From: Candidatus Woesearchaeota archaeon
GTDB lineage: Archaea; Nanobdellota; Nanobdellia; SCGC-AAA011-G17; JACPIM01
Length of the DNA stretch: 64,000 nt
Direction: 5' to 3'
Assembly: GCA_964513145.1 (NCBI GenBank)
Contig: CAZELK010000006.1
Coordinates: forward strand, 2,051-66,050
A program made the position numbers and the translations under genes. The notes beneath the pieces were generated by a model. It ran no database searches and was not told where the DNA came from. It was given only the letters and a program-made list of their open reading frames with translations. This document shows positions 29,992-40,366 of this stretch, in pieces; positions within the stretch are counted from its first letter, which is position 1; each line of letters opens with the position of its first letter.

Positions 29992-30967
29992 AATGGCTAA
30001 ATTAAATTTAGTAGAAGCAATAAACCTAGGATTAAAACAAGAAATGAAAAGAGACAAAAATGTAGTCATTTTGGGAGAAGATGTTGGCAAAGACGGCGGG
30101 GTTTTTAGAGTTACAGATAATTTACAAAAAATTTTTGGTGAAAAAAGAGTTTTTGACACACCTTTATGTGAATCTGGTATTGTCGGGGCTTCAATAGGCA
30201 TGGCTGTTTTTGGATTAAAACCTGTTTGCGAGATTCAATTTGATGGTTTTATTATGCCTGCTATTGATCAAATAATAACTCATGCAGCAAGAATCAGAAA
30301 CAGATCAAGGGGCAGATTTAAAGCTCCAATTGTTATAAGATGTCCTCATGGTGGTGGAATTAAGGCTCTGGAACATCATTCTGATTGTCCCGAGGTTTTA
30401 TTTGCCCATATACCCGGACTAAAAGTTGTTATACCTTCAACACCTTATGATGCAAAGGGATTAATTGCAAGTGCTATTAGAAGTGATGATCCAGTGATAT
30501 TTTTTGAACCTAAAAAAGTTTATAGGGCTATTAAAGAAGAAGTTCCTGAAAAAGAATATGTTATTCCAATAGGAAAAGCAAAAATTGTTCAAGAAGGAAA
30601 TGACATAACAATAATATCTTATGGTGCAATTATACATAAAGTAAAAGAAGCTGCAGATAAATTAAATGAAATCAGCTGCGAAATCATAGACTTAAGAACA
30701 TTAAGTCCATTAGATGAAGAAACAATTATTGATAGTGTGAAAAAAACTGGAAGAGCTTTGATTGTTCATGAAGCGCCAAAAATGTTTGGTGTTGGTGCAG
30801 AGATAAGCGCATTAATAAATCAAAAGGATTTATTGAGCCTGGAAGCACCTATAGAAAGAGTTGCTGGTTATGATGTTGTTGTTCCTTTGCCAAAATTAGA
30901 GGACTATCATATTCCGAATGTCGAAAGGATTATTAATGGAATAAAAAAAGTTGTTAACTTTGAATGA
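29981..30967 (+). CDS. pdhB: Pyruvate/2-oxoacid dehydrogenase E1 component beta subunit
   Basis: 328 aa, transketolase-like Pyr/C-terminal domains. Overlaps pdhA by 11 nt. Confidence 0.85.
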   Translation: MKTKMAKLNLVEAINLGLKQEMKRDKNVVILGEDVGKDGGVFRVTDNLQKIFGEKRVFDTPLCESGIVGASIGMAVFGLKPVCEIQFDGFIMPAIDQIITHAARIRNRSRGRFKAPIVIRCPHGGGIKALEHHSDCPEVLFAHIPGLKVVIPSTPYDAKGLIASAIRSDDPVIFFEPKKVYRAIKEEVPEKEYVIPIGKAKIVQEGNDITIISYGAIIHKVKEAADKLNEISCEIIDLRTLSPLDEETIIDSVKKTGRALIVHEAPKMFGVGAEISALINQKDLLSLEAPIERVAGYDVVVPLPKLEDYHIPNVERIINGIKKVVNFE

Positions 30968-30973
30968 GGTATC

Positions 30974-31867
30974 ATGAGTTTGGAATTAAGAATTATTGAA
31001 CCTGGGAAAAAAAATGGTGCATTTAACACTGCTTTAGATATGGCTCTTTTAGAATTAGTTGGAAATAATGAAAGCAAACCAACTATTGTACTTTCTGACT
31101 GGGAACCAACTGTTTCTTTAGGCAATTCTCAAAATTATTTTTTAGATGCTGATGAAGAAGCTTGCAGAAGACGCGGTGTTCAGATTGTAAGACGAAAGTC
31201 CGGCGGACAAGCTGTTTTTTTAGATGATAATTATTTTGTATTTTCAGTTATTGCCAAACCAAATATGTTCCCAAAAGACCTCACTATTTTAAGAAAATGG
31301 TTTTGCAATTTAGTTATTGAAATGCTTACTGATTATAATATCCCTGCTGAGTTTTATCAACCAGATAATATAGTTATAAAAGATGGTAATAGGTTTAGAA
31401 CATTGGGCAATTCCGGGCAAATTATTACTAACAAAGCAATTGTTGTACATGGATCTATAAGATATTCTTTAAAAAATCTTGATATAATGACTGATGTTTT
31501 AAAAGTAAATGGTCAAAAATTACATCAGTTTAAAGATGAAATTGAGAATATTCTCGCTGATGTTGAAAGATATAAATGCAAAATTGACTTAAAGCAAGCT
31601 TTCTTAGATCATTTCTCAAGCAAATACCAAGCTAATTTTCTTAGGGGTGAATTAAGCTTAACTGAAAAAAATAAAACAAATAAAATTGCAGATGATTTAA
31701 TTAAAAATGTTTCTGGAGAAATAAATTATAAATCCAGGGGTGTATGTTACTTTTTCTTAAATGGACAAAATTTAGTCCCTTCTCTTCAAAAATTTTTACC
31801 TGAAAATAAACCAAGTGAATGGCTTGATTCAGTTATCCAGCTTGAGGAAAGTGTAAATGGCATTTGA
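30974..31867 (+). CDS. lplA: Lipoate-protein ligase
   Basis: 297 aa. RRKSGGQAVFLD matches the LplA/LipB BPL_LPL motif. Embedded inside the PDH operon. Confidence 0.8.
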   Translation: MSLELRIIEPGKKNGAFNTALDMALLELVGNNESKPTIVLSDWEPTVSLGNSQNYFLDADEEACRRRGVQIVRRKSGGQAVFLDDNYFVFSVIAKPNMFPKDLTILRKWFCNLVIEMLTDYNIPAEFYQPDNIVIKDGNRFRTLGNSGQIITNKAIVVHGSIRYSLKNLDIMTDVLKVNGQKLHQFKDEIENILADVERYKCKIDLKQAFLDHFSSKYQANFLRGELSLTEKNKTNKIADDLIKNVSGEINYKSRGVCYFFLNGQNLVPSLQKFLPENKPSEWLDSVIQLEESVNGI

Positions 31868-33110
31868 ATTTAAATTTCCCGATGTAGGCGAGGGAATTCA
31901 TGAGGGAGAAATAGTTAAATGGCTTGTTAAAGAGGGAGATTCTGTAAAAGAAGATCAGCCATTATTAGAAGTGCAAACAGACAAGGCAATTGTCCAAATT
32001 CCAAGCCCAAAAACCGGGACTATATTAAAAATAAATTTTAAAACAGGCAACACTGTTAAAGTTGGCGAGGTTCTAATTGTAATTGGGGTGAAAGGTGAAC
32101 AAAATTCAAAGACAAAAGGTTTTGCAGTTGTCGGGAAATTAGAGGAAGCCAAAGATGAAGAGGCTTTGCCAAAACAAACTTTTAGGAAATTTGAGCAAAA
32201 CAAAAACACTGGAAAAGTTTTAGCCACACCAAAAGTCAGGGCTTTGGCTAAAAGATTAGGTGTTGATATTAACTTAATAAAAGGAACTGGAAAAAACGGG
32301 ATTATTTTTGATGATGATATAATAAACTTCAGCAAGAAACCGCTTTCTGAGAAAGTTTTACCTAAAACTGATAAACAAGGAATTAAAATAACAAAGAAAT
32401 ATGATTTTTACGGTTATGTTGACAGAGTGCCATTAAAAGGTCTGAGAAAAATTATTGCAGAGAATATGGTTAAATCAATTACAAAAGCAGTTCATGTTAC
32501 TCACATGGATTTTGCTGATGTTACTTATTTAACTGGTATTAGAGAAAGAGAAAAAATAAAGCTGCAGAAAAATGGAATAAAATTAACTTATTTACCTTTT
32601 ATTATCAAGGCAGCCATATCTGCTTTGAAAGAACACCCATATTTAAATTCTACATTAGATGAAGAAAATCAAGAGATTATCTTAAAAAAATATTATAATA
32701 TCGGAATAGCTGTTGATACTGAAGACGGCTTAATAGTTCCTGTAATTAAAAGGGCTGAAACAAAAGAAATTTCAGAACTTGCAAAAGATATTTCTAATTT
32801 AAGTAATCTAGCTAAAGAAAGAAAAATTGATTTAAGTGATCTAAAAGGCGGAACATTTACTATTACAAATATTGGCAGTATTGGTGGAACTTATGCAACG
32901 CCAATTATTAATTATCCTGAAAGTGCGATACTGGCTTTAGGCAGAATTCAAGACAATGCTTTAGTTATTAATAATAAAATACAAATTAGGAAAATATTGC
33001 CTTTTTCATTATCATTTGATCATAGAATTTTGGATGGTGCTGAAGCGGCAAAATTTGCCAACAAAGTTAAATCTCTTTTAGAAGACCCAGACTCTTTATT
33101 AAAATCTTAA
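31857..33110 (+). CDS. pdhC: Dihydrolipoamide acyltransferase (E2) of 2-oxoacid dehydrogenase complex
   Basis: 417 aa. Lipoyl domain (EVQTDKAIVQIPSP), E3-binding linker, and catalytic SFDHRILDGA. Confidence 0.85.
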   Translation: MAFEFKFPDVGEGIHEGEIVKWLVKEGDSVKEDQPLLEVQTDKAIVQIPSPKTGTILKINFKTGNTVKVGEVLIVIGVKGEQNSKTKGFAVVGKLEEAKDEEALPKQTFRKFEQNKNTGKVLATPKVRALAKRLGVDINLIKGTGKNGIIFDDDIINFSKKPLSEKVLPKTDKQGIKITKKYDFYGYVDRVPLKGLRKIIAENMVKSITKAVHVTHMDFADVTYLTGIREREKIKLQKNGIKLTYLPFIIKAAISALKEHPYLNSTLDEENQEIILKKYYNIGIAVDTEDGLIVPVIKRAETKEISELAKDISNLSNLAKERKIDLSDLKGGTFTITNIGSIGGTYATPIINYPESAILALGRIQDNALVINNKIQIRKILPFSLSFDHRILDGAEAAKFANKVKSLLEDPDSLLKS

Positions 33111-33389
33111 TTCCAGACCAGAAGCAGATTTAGGTTTTGAAGCACATAATTCGTTTGCTCTTTTTAATTCTGATCTATATCTTAATAAAATATTAAGTTC
33201 CGGCTCTTGAACTTGTTCTGAAAATCTGCTTAAAAAATCTTTTAATTTTTTATTTACATACCTAAAGTTATCTTCTTTAACTTCTATAAATCTAAGGAGT
33301 TCATTATCCGGATCTTCAGTTTGCAATTTAGCATACTCTGCAATTAATACTGAAGTTGCCATTTCATATGCTGATTTTATGCTTGTCAT
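33099..33389 (-). CDS. hypothetical protein (96 aa)
   Basis: ORF in the track, convergent with E2. Confidence 0.35.
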   Translation of the reverse strand: MTSIKSAYEMATSVLIAEYAKLQTEDPDNELLRFIEVKEDNFRYVNKKLKDFLSRFSEQVQEPELNILLRYRSELKRANELCASKPKSASGLELRF

Positions 33390-33442
33390 AAAAAAAATTA
33401 CCTTTACTTAGGTTTATAAATATTGCTAAATGTAATAATCTT

Positions 33443-34273
33443 ATGGAGTCAATTGGCGGACAAGCCCTGATTGAGGGTGTTTTAATGCGAAATAAAAGCA
33501 TTATTGGAATAGCAATTAGGAAACCAAACGGGCAAATTAAAACTGAAAAGCAACAATCTAATTTATTTGACAAATACAGAAAAATAATTTTTTTAAGAGG
33601 GATAATTGTTTTAATAGAAACTTTATATATTGGAACAAAGGCATTAATATATTCTGCTAATGAAGCTTCTTCTGAAAAAGATGAAAAAATCTCAAAAAAA
33701 GAAATATTTCTTAGCATATTCTTATCTTTAATATTTGGTGTGGGTTTTTTTATTTTGCTGCCATTTTATCTTACGAAATTTCTGGTTGATGATGGAATCT
33801 TATTTAATATTATTGACGGGTTATTGAGGGTATTTATTTTTATTATATATGTTATTGCAATTTCTTTTATGAAAGACATTAAAAGAGTTTTCCAATATCA
33901 TGGTGCTGAACACATGGCTGTACACTGCTATGAAAATAAAGACAAACTTACTGTAAATAACTGCAGAAAATACTCAACTATCCATGTTAGGTGTGGAACT
34001 AATTTCTTGTTTATAGTGTTATTATTGAGTATTATTGTATTTTCTTTTATAATAAGCGATATTTGGTATATTAAACTTCTTTCAAGAATAATTTTAATTC
34101 CTTTAATTGCTTCGCTTTCTTATGAGTTTTTAAAACTAAGCAGCAGATTTGAGAATTTCTTTTTAATAAGAATATTAACAAAACCAGGGCTGTTATTACA
34201 GAAAATAACCACGAAAAAGCCAGATGACAAGCAAATTGAAGTTGCCATATCTGCTTTGAAACTAGTTTCTTAA
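33443..34273 (+). CDS. DUF1385 (YqhQ-like) membrane protein
   Basis: 276 aa. IEGVLMRN, HGAEHM and a TM segment. Confidence 0.65.
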   Translation: MESIGGQALIEGVLMRNKSIIGIAIRKPNGQIKTEKQQSNLFDKYRKIIFLRGIIVLIETLYIGTKALIYSANEASSEKDEKISKKEIFLSIFLSLIFGVGFFILLPFYLTKFLVDDGILFNIIDGLLRVFIFIIYVIAISFMKDIKRVFQYHGAEHMAVHCYENKDKLTVNNCRKYSTIHVRCGTNFLFIVLLLSIIVFSFIISDIWYIKLLSRIILIPLIASLSYEFLKLSSRFENFFLIRILTKPGLLLQKITTKKPDDKQIEVAISALKLVS

Positions 34274-34274
34274 T

Positions 34275-35213
34275 ATGCAAATAAAAAACAAGTTTCCCAA
34301 ATTATCTAGCAAGGCTTTACTCAGCCCTATGTCTGGAGTAACAGATATAGCATTTAGAATACTTGCGAAAAAATATGGGGCTGGCTTAACTTATACGGAA
34401 TTTGTAAGCAGCGCCGGAATTGTGCGAAATAATAAAAATACTTTAGAAATGATTAAGACTGTGCCTTCTGAAAAACCTGTAGCTGTACAATTATTTGGGA
34501 ATAATGTTCAAGAGGTTGTTGATGCTGCAAAATTAATTGAAGACCAATTTGATGTTATTGATGTGAACTGCGGGTGTCCAGCATGGAAGGTTATAAAAAC
34601 CGGATCCGGAAGTGCGATGTTAAATGATGTCAATAAAATTGGCAAATTTATCAATAAACTTTCTTCATCTATAAACAAACCAGTCACATTGAAAATAAGA
34701 ACTGGGGTTGATGATAAAAAAGTTAATGCTGTTGAAGTTGCTAAAACAGCTGAAGAAAATGGTGCCAGTGCAATAGCTGTACATGGAAGAACACAAAAAC
34801 AAGGTTATAGTGGATCTGCTAACTGGGAAATTATTAAAAAAGTTAAAGAATCTGTAAATATTCCTGTAATTGGTAATGGTGATGTTTTTAGTCCTGAAAT
34901 TTTTAAAGAAAGATTAGAGCAAAGTAATGTTGATTTTATTATGATAGCAAGGGCAGCTATTGGAAACCTGTTTATTTTCAAACAAATTAAAGATTATATA
35001 AAATCAGGAACTTATGAAATTAAAAACCCTCTGGAACAATTCTCTGAATATTGTGTTCTTGCTGAGAAATATGAAGTTCCATTTAAGCTTGTTAAAAATC
35101 ATGCAATAAGATTTACAAAGGGTCTTGAAAAAGGATCAAAATTAAGAGAATTATTATCAAAATGCAATAATTTAAATGAAATAAAAAAGATAATATCTAA
35201 TTATGTTATTTAG
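34275..35213 (+). CDS. dus: tRNA-dihydrouridine synthase
   Basis: 312 aa. TIM-barrel FMN motifs (VDVNCGCP, catalytic K in ..LKIRTG.., AVHGRT). Confidence 0.85.
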   Translation: MQIKNKFPKLSSKALLSPMSGVTDIAFRILAKKYGAGLTYTEFVSSAGIVRNNKNTLEMIKTVPSEKPVAVQLFGNNVQEVVDAAKLIEDQFDVIDVNCGCPAWKVIKTGSGSAMLNDVNKIGKFINKLSSSINKPVTLKIRTGVDDKKVNAVEVAKTAEENGASAIAVHGRTQKQGYSGSANWEIIKKVKESVNIPVIGNGDVFSPEIFKERLEQSNVDFIMIARAAIGNLFIFKQIKDYIKSGTYEIKNPLEQFSEYCVLAEKYEVPFKLVKNHAIRFTKGLEKGSKLRELLSKCNNLNEIKKIISNYVI

Positions 35214-35254
35214 AACACAATTATTTATAAAATTAATTTTTTGTTAAAATTGAA

Positions 35255-35674
35255 ATGGACAAAGGCGAGTTTAAAATTCCAAGAGTTGGAAGTGCTATTC
35301 TAGTAGAAGATAATGGCAAATATCTTCTTGGCAAAAGGAACAAGCAAAATTACCAAAATTTCTGGGTTATTCCTGGCGGAAAAGTTGAATGGGGCGAGAA
35401 TTTAGAACAAGCAGGAATAAGGGAACTTAAAGAAGAAACAAATCTTGATGTTGAAATTGTGAAATTTCTTGGATGGAAGGAAATAATTAATACTAAAGAT
35501 GATTATCATAGATATGTTTTCTTTTTCCTGGGAAAATTAAAAGACCATGAGGTTGATATTAAAACTCTAGAAGATGTAAGTGAGGCGAAGTTTTTTGCAA
35601 TTGATGAAATAAAGAAAATTGACTTATTGGCCAATAGCGCTAAAGAAGTTTTTAAAATGATTAATTTATGGTAA
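35255..35674 (+). CDS. NUDIX hydrolase
   Basis: Nudix box GGKVEWGENLEQAGIRELKEETNL. Confidence 0.8.
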   Translation: MDKGEFKIPRVGSAILVEDNGKYLLGKRNKQNYQNFWVIPGGKVEWGENLEQAGIRELKEETNLDVEIVKFLGWKEIINTKDDYHRYVFFFLGKLKDHEVDIKTLEDVSEAKFFAIDEIKKIDLLANSAKEVFKMINLW

Positions 35675-36067
35675 TTAATAAGTTTCTATTTCTAAATTCT
35701 TTATTCTAGAAAAATCGCTAATATCTCGTGTTAAAACTTTCTCTTTTTTTAATAAGGCTATGGCGCCTATCATTATATCAATTGATCCAATCATATTCCC
35801 TTCTTTAGAAAGTTGTCCATCTATCTCTCCAGCTCTTTCTGCAGATTCTTTATTTAAAGAAATAATAAGTTGACTTCCTAAAATTTTCTCTATCTCTCGC
35901 TTTTCTTTTTCATATTTTTGACTTTTTATTAAACCGCTAAAAAGCTCAAATATAGACAAAGTTGTAATTATTAATGGCTCATTTTTTCTGATTAATTCTT
36001 CCAATTTCTTTAAGGCGTTCTCTTTTTTTCTTAATAAATCTATAATAAAACTTGTATCTAAAATCAT
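35675..36067 (-). CDS. vapC: PIN-domain ribonuclease (VapC-like toxin), second copy
   Basis: 130 aa. N-terminal ILDTSFIIDLL. Overlaps the upstream antitoxin gene by 4 nt. Confidence 0.8.
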   Translation of the reverse strand: MILDTSFIIDLLRKKENALKKLEELIRKNEPLIITTLSIFELFSGLIKSQKYEKEKREIEKILGSQLIISLNKESAERAGEIDGQLSKEGNMIGSIDIMIGAIALLKKEKVLTRDISDFSRIKNLEIETY

Positions 36068-36297
36068 TGTAATTCTTTTGCGGTTTTATCTAATTCCTTT
36101 CGCATTCTTTTATTTAAATCTTTAATATTATTTTCTAATTCGTCTGCGGCCTTACTAGACAATAATCCAACAATATCAAATAAAGACCTTTTATTTGTAA
36201 TTCTATTGATCACATCACTAAAGCTTTCTTTTTGTTTTTTTAAATGTGCTAGTCTTTCATAAGCTTCATTTGTTACAGTAATACATTTAGTTGCCAT
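36064..36297 (-). CDS. VapB-like antitoxin (77 aa), second copy
   Basis: Paralogous to 12851..13102. Upstream of the PIN gene. Confidence 0.65.
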   Translation of the reverse strand: MATKCITVTNEAYERLAHLKKQKESFSDVINRITNKRSLFDIVGLLSSKAADELENNIKDLNKRMRKELDKTAKELQ

Positions 36298-36395
36298 AAA
36301 ACTAAATACATTTATATATATTTAAATATTTCTACTATAATTCTAACTTTAAAACCTTGAAATAAATCGAAATAAATACTGGAGAAATCCAATAT

Positions 36396-37829
36396 TTAAC
36401 TTATTATAGAACTATACAAATTTATAGCTTCTGCAAAGGAGGCTGATGACAAGGATTTAGTGTCTATATAGTCTTTAATTGAGTTTAATAATTTCTCTGC
36501 TTTCTCAAGATATTCCTTATTATTTGTTTTTTTATATAAAGCCAATAATATTTTAACAGCCAAAGAATTTTCTTCTGTATCAATTCTTCTTATTTTTAAA
36601 TAACCAAAATTATCTTCTGAGTCTTGTATATCATAAAAAACTGTTTTATTTTTATCAAAGAAATTGTTAATTGTTTTCTCAATTAATTTCTCTGCTAAAC
36701 CCATGTATTTTTTTTCATTGGTGCTTAATAAAGAACTAATTAATAATAAATGATTTTTTAGCAAGCAAGGCTCACGAGCTTTAGAATCGTAAAAATGCAT
36801 AACCCCCTTACCTGAAACCATATTTACTATTATGAAATCCAATATTTTCAAAGCAATTTCCCCATATCTGGAATCTTTTAAAATTTCCGAAGCAATTAAA
36901 AATGAATTTATTGCATAACAATTAAAAGCTAAAAATAAAGTCTTGTCAATGAAAGGCTTTTTATATTCTGATCTTTGTTTTAATGTTAGTTTACTGTATT
37001 TTTCATCTGCATCTTGGCTTGAATAAAAGAATGTTTTTTCTTTATTCAAAAAAACTTCTATAATAAAATTAATTGTTTTTAATGCAACTTCTTTATATTT
37101 CTCATTTTCTGTCAATTTATACAAATATAAAAAGTTCTTCAATAATCTTGCATTGTCGTCAAGTAATTTTTCATAATGCGGGCTTGACCAATCTTGCTGC
37201 TGTGCATACCTATAAAAACCGCCTTCTTCTTTATCAAATATTTCATTATCAGCCATAGTTGAAAGGGTTTTTGTTAATATTACTCTTGCGTTTTTTTCTT
37301 CATCAAATAACATCATCAAAAAATCTATGATCTGATGATTTGGAAATTTTGGGAGAGGTCCAAAACCACCAAAGTATGGATCATAAGAAAGTTCTATTGT
37401 GCTTAAAATCTCCTGCTGCATTTTTTGTAAATCAGTATTATTGAATTTTGGCAATTCGAAAATTATTTCTTCTTTTATTTCTTTCTTGAATTTTTCTAAA
37501 GCATTGTCCAAAAAGTCCAACATATCAAAGGGTGGCAAGTATAAAGCACCTAGAATTAATCCGCCTTCTTTGTTCAAAATTGCTGTACTTGGCCAACCAC
37601 CCAAATTATATCTATTATTTATGTCTGGCCGTTTATCTGTATCAACCCTAATTGGAATAAAATTGTTATTTATTTTGTCAATAACTTTTGTGCTGGAATA
37701 TGTATCTTTATCTAATCTGTGGCACCAATGGCACCATATTGCAGATATGCTTAATAAAATCGGTTTTTTTTCTTTTTTTGATTTTTCAAAAGATTCTTTA
37801 CTCCATTCTAGCCAATTTGGTTTATCCAT
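36396..37829 (-). CDS. Thioredoxin-domain protein, DUF255 / YyaL family
   Basis: 477 aa. N-terminal thioredoxin-like fold (ISAIWCHWCH) followed by an alpha/alpha-barrel-like region. Confidence 0.75.
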   Translation of the reverse strand: MDKPNWLEWSKESFEKSKKEKKPILLSISAIWCHWCHRLDKDTYSSTKVIDKINNNFIPIRVDTDKRPDINNRYNLGGWPSTAILNKEGGLILGALYLPPFDMLDFLDNALEKFKKEIKEEIIFELPKFNNTDLQKMQQEILSTIELSYDPYFGGFGPLPKFPNHQIIDFLMMLFDEEKNARVILTKTLSTMADNEIFDKEEGGFYRYAQQQDWSSPHYEKLLDDNARLLKNFLYLYKLTENEKYKEVALKTINFIIEVFLNKEKTFFYSSQDADEKYSKLTLKQRSEYKKPFIDKTLFLAFNCYAINSFLIASEILKDSRYGEIALKILDFIIVNMVSGKGVMHFYDSKAREPCLLKNHLLLISSLLSTNEKKYMGLAEKLIEKTINNFFDKNKTVFYDIQDSEDNFGYLKIRRIDTEENSLAVKILLALYKKTNNKEYLEKAEKLLNSIKDYIDTKSLSSASFAEAINLYSSIIS

Positions 37830-37881
37830 TTCTAGACTATCAACAATAGAATTTATAAAGTATTTTGTTATCTTCAGAAAA

Positions 37882-39645
37882 ATGAAAAAAATAGCAGTAA
37901 TAATTGATAAAGGCAGGTGCTATCCAGAAAGATGCCAACATGAATGCATGAAGTTTGATCCTGTCAACAGATCTGGAGGGCAAGGTTTTCATTTAGGTAT
38001 AGATGGAAAATCCTGTATTGACGAAAAAATAGCTACTGAAATGCATAAAATTTGTGCAAAGAAATGTCCTTTTAACGCAATTACTATTGTAAATTTACCA
38101 GAAGCTTTGAAAGAAGAACCAATTCACAGATTTGGAAACAATGGATTTATGCTTTATGGTCTGCCTTTGTTTAAAGAAAATAAAGTCATCGGTATTTTGG
38201 GTAGAAATGGAATTGGCAAAAGCACGGCATTAAATATTTTATCAGGAAGCTTAGTGCCAAATTTAGGAAGATATGATGAGAAAACTAAAGATGAGAATGT
38301 AATAAGCAGATATTCTAAAGTTTCCTTAGGTGGTTATTTTAAAAAATTATATGATGAAAAAATTAAATTCTCATACAAACCGCAAAGGGTTGAATTAATC
38401 AACAAGGCTTTTGATGGAAAAGTTATTGACTTGTTAAAAAAAATTGATGAAAAAAATGAAAGCGAAAGATTAATTGAAGAATTTGAACTTGACAAAATAA
38501 AAAATAGAAATATTAAAGACTTATCTGGGGGAGAATTACAGAAATTAGCAATAATTGCAACTTATGTAAAAAAAGCAGATTATTATTTTTTTGATGAACC
38601 TTCTTCTTTTTGTGATATTCAAAACAGAATTAAACTTGCAAAACTAATAAAAGAATTAAGCAAAAATTCTAGTGTCATTGTAGTTGACCATGATTTAGCT
38701 ACTTTGGATTTTGTTTCTGATGAGATTCAAATTGTTTATGGCGAGCCTGGGGCATATGGTATTTTTTCCCAAAGCAAGGGAATAAGCAGGGCAATTAATG
38801 AATATCTTGAAGGCAATTTAAAGGAAGAAAACATCAGATATAGAAATTACAGCATTAATTTTAATCCATTGACTTATAGAAGAGAGCATCATAATGAAAT
38901 ATTTCTTGAAATTCCCTTATTGAGAAAGCATTTTAGTGATTTTAAATTAGAAATAAACAAGTTTAATTTATTTAAAGGGCAGGTTGTTGCTATAATGGGC
39001 GCAAATGGATTAGGGAAAAGCACATTTTTGAATATTATTTCTGGAAAAATTAAGGCAGACAATTCTGATTTTAAAATTAAAAATGTTTCATACAAAGAAC
39101 AAGACCTAGAAAGCAAAGACATGAGTGTAAATGAATATTTATTATCAAAAGGAAATGATCTTTTTACAGATAACTGGCTAAAATCAATTTTAATTGAAAA
39201 GCTTAATTTAGAAAGATTATTTGATGACAATATGAAGACCTTATCTGGCGGAGAACTGCAAAAAGTAAATATTGCCGGGGCTTTGGCAAAAAAAACTGAC
39301 ATCGTACTACTTGATGAGCCGTCAGCTTTTATTGATGTTGAAGACAGATTGAAAGTAGCTGAAATAATAAAAGATTTTGCAATTAAAAAGGAGATATGCG
39401 CTATTATTGTTGACCATGATATCCAATTTATTGATTATTTGGCAGATGCTATTTTAGTTTTTGAAGGAATACCTGGAAAAGAAGGAAGAGTTTCTGGGCC
39501 TTTTTTAAAAAATGATGGCATGAATAAAGTTTTAAAAAATCTTGAGATTACCTATAGAAAAGATAAAGATACGAACAGGGCAAGAATAAACAAAGAAGGT
39601 TCTCAATTAGACCAGATGCAAAAAAATAAAGGGGAATATTACTAG
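37882..39645 (+). CDS. abcE1: ABCE1 / RNase L inhibitor (ribosome recycling factor, twin-ABC ATPase with N-terminal 4Fe-4S domains)
   Basis: Start is MKKIAVIIDKGRCYPERCQHEC (two Cys clusters). Two NBDs (GRNGIGKST and GANGLGKST, LSGGELQ x2). The track ORF starts at 37399, an upstream in-frame extension that overlaps the opposite-strand gene and is not credible. Confidence 0.9.
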   Translation: MKKIAVIIDKGRCYPERCQHECMKFDPVNRSGGQGFHLGIDGKSCIDEKIATEMHKICAKKCPFNAITIVNLPEALKEEPIHRFGNNGFMLYGLPLFKENKVIGILGRNGIGKSTALNILSGSLVPNLGRYDEKTKDENVISRYSKVSLGGYFKKLYDEKIKFSYKPQRVELINKAFDGKVIDLLKKIDEKNESERLIEEFELDKIKNRNIKDLSGGELQKLAIIATYVKKADYYFFDEPSSFCDIQNRIKLAKLIKELSKNSSVIVVDHDLATLDFVSDEIQIVYGEPGAYGIFSQSKGISRAINEYLEGNLKEENIRYRNYSINFNPLTYRREHHNEIFLEIPLLRKHFSDFKLEINKFNLFKGQVVAIMGANGLGKSTFLNIISGKIKADNSDFKIKNVSYKEQDLESKDMSVNEYLLSKGNDLFTDNWLKSILIEKLNLERLFDDNMKTLSGGELQKVNIAGALAKKTDIVLLDEPSAFIDVEDRLKVAEIIKDFAIKKEICAIIVDHDIQFIDYLADAILVFEGIPGKEGRVSGPFLKNDGMNKVLKNLEITYRKDKDTNRARINKEGSQLDQMQKNKGEYY

Positions 39646-39692
39646 TTCTTAATACGAAAACTATTTATATATGTTAAACTATACCATATATA

Positions 39693-39995
39693 TTGGCAGA
39701 AGAGATATTCAACCATAAGAATATTGATGAAAATGGAAATATTACAGAAATTAAAATATTAAAAATTCCGAAAACAACTGATAACCCTGAAGGTATTTCA
39801 TATTCGCTTGTTTATATAAAAAATGATAAGCGCATAATTGGTTATGACAATTTTGGCGGACATAAAATAAATACAAATTGCCACCATAAACATATTAAAA
39901 ATAGAATTGAAATTTATGAATTTATAGATGAATGGAAATTAATACAAGATTTTATGGATGATATTAAAAAAATAAATAAAGGAGTTATAAAATGA
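39693..39995 (+). CDS. small His-rich protein (100 aa), possible toxin-antitoxin or regulatory partner
   Basis: NTNCHHKHIKNR motif. Overlaps the downstream HTH gene by 4 nt (ATGA). Confidence 0.4.
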   Translation: MAEEIFNHKNIDENGNITEIKILKIPKTTDNPEGISYSLVYIKNDKRIIGYDNFGGHKINTNCHHKHIKNRIEIYEFIDEWKLIQDFMDDIKKINKGVIK

Positions 39996-40366
39996 AAATC
40001 AAAAACATAAAAATTACTATAAATGACAGAAAACAAGCTTTGAATGAATTCGCCCATACATTAGCAAGAGCTCGAGAAGGTGAAATAATCTACAAACATA
40101 AAGAAATTTCATTTCAAGATGTTTATACATTAAGAAAATTTCTAACTGAAAAAAGAATAGAATTACTACATATAATAAAACATTATAATCCAGAATCAAT
40201 GTATGAATTAGCAAAAATTGTTAATAGAGATTTAAAAAGCATAACTACAGATATATCTATTTTAAAAGATTTAAATCTAGTAAGTCTAGAAAAAATTAAA
40301 GAAAAAAGAATAAAGGTCAAACCCAAAGTTGAATTTAATAAAATAAATGTTGAAATTACAATATAA
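39992..40366 (+). CDS. predicted HTH transcriptional regulator (124 aa)
   Basis: Central wHTH-like segment (SMYELAKIVNRDLKSITTDISILKDLNLV). Confidence 0.5.
   Translation: MKIKNIKITINDRKQALNEFAHTLARAREGEIIYKHKEISFQDVYTLRKFLTEKRIELLHIIKHYNPESMYELAKIVNRDLKSITTDISILKDLNLVSLEKIKEKRIKVKPKVEFNKINVEITI

Noticed and set aside
33364-33717. 117-aa minus-strand ORF overlapping the DUF1385 gene start.
   Set aside because: It overlaps the 5' end of a motif-supported gene on the opposite strand and a neighbouring ORF, giving a low-complexity product.
37399-37881. The 5' extension in the ORF track that makes ABCE1 748 aa.
   Set aside because: The extension overlaps the well-supported opposite-strand DUF255 gene and lacks ABCE1 homology. 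The conserved Fe-S N-terminus begins at Met 37882.
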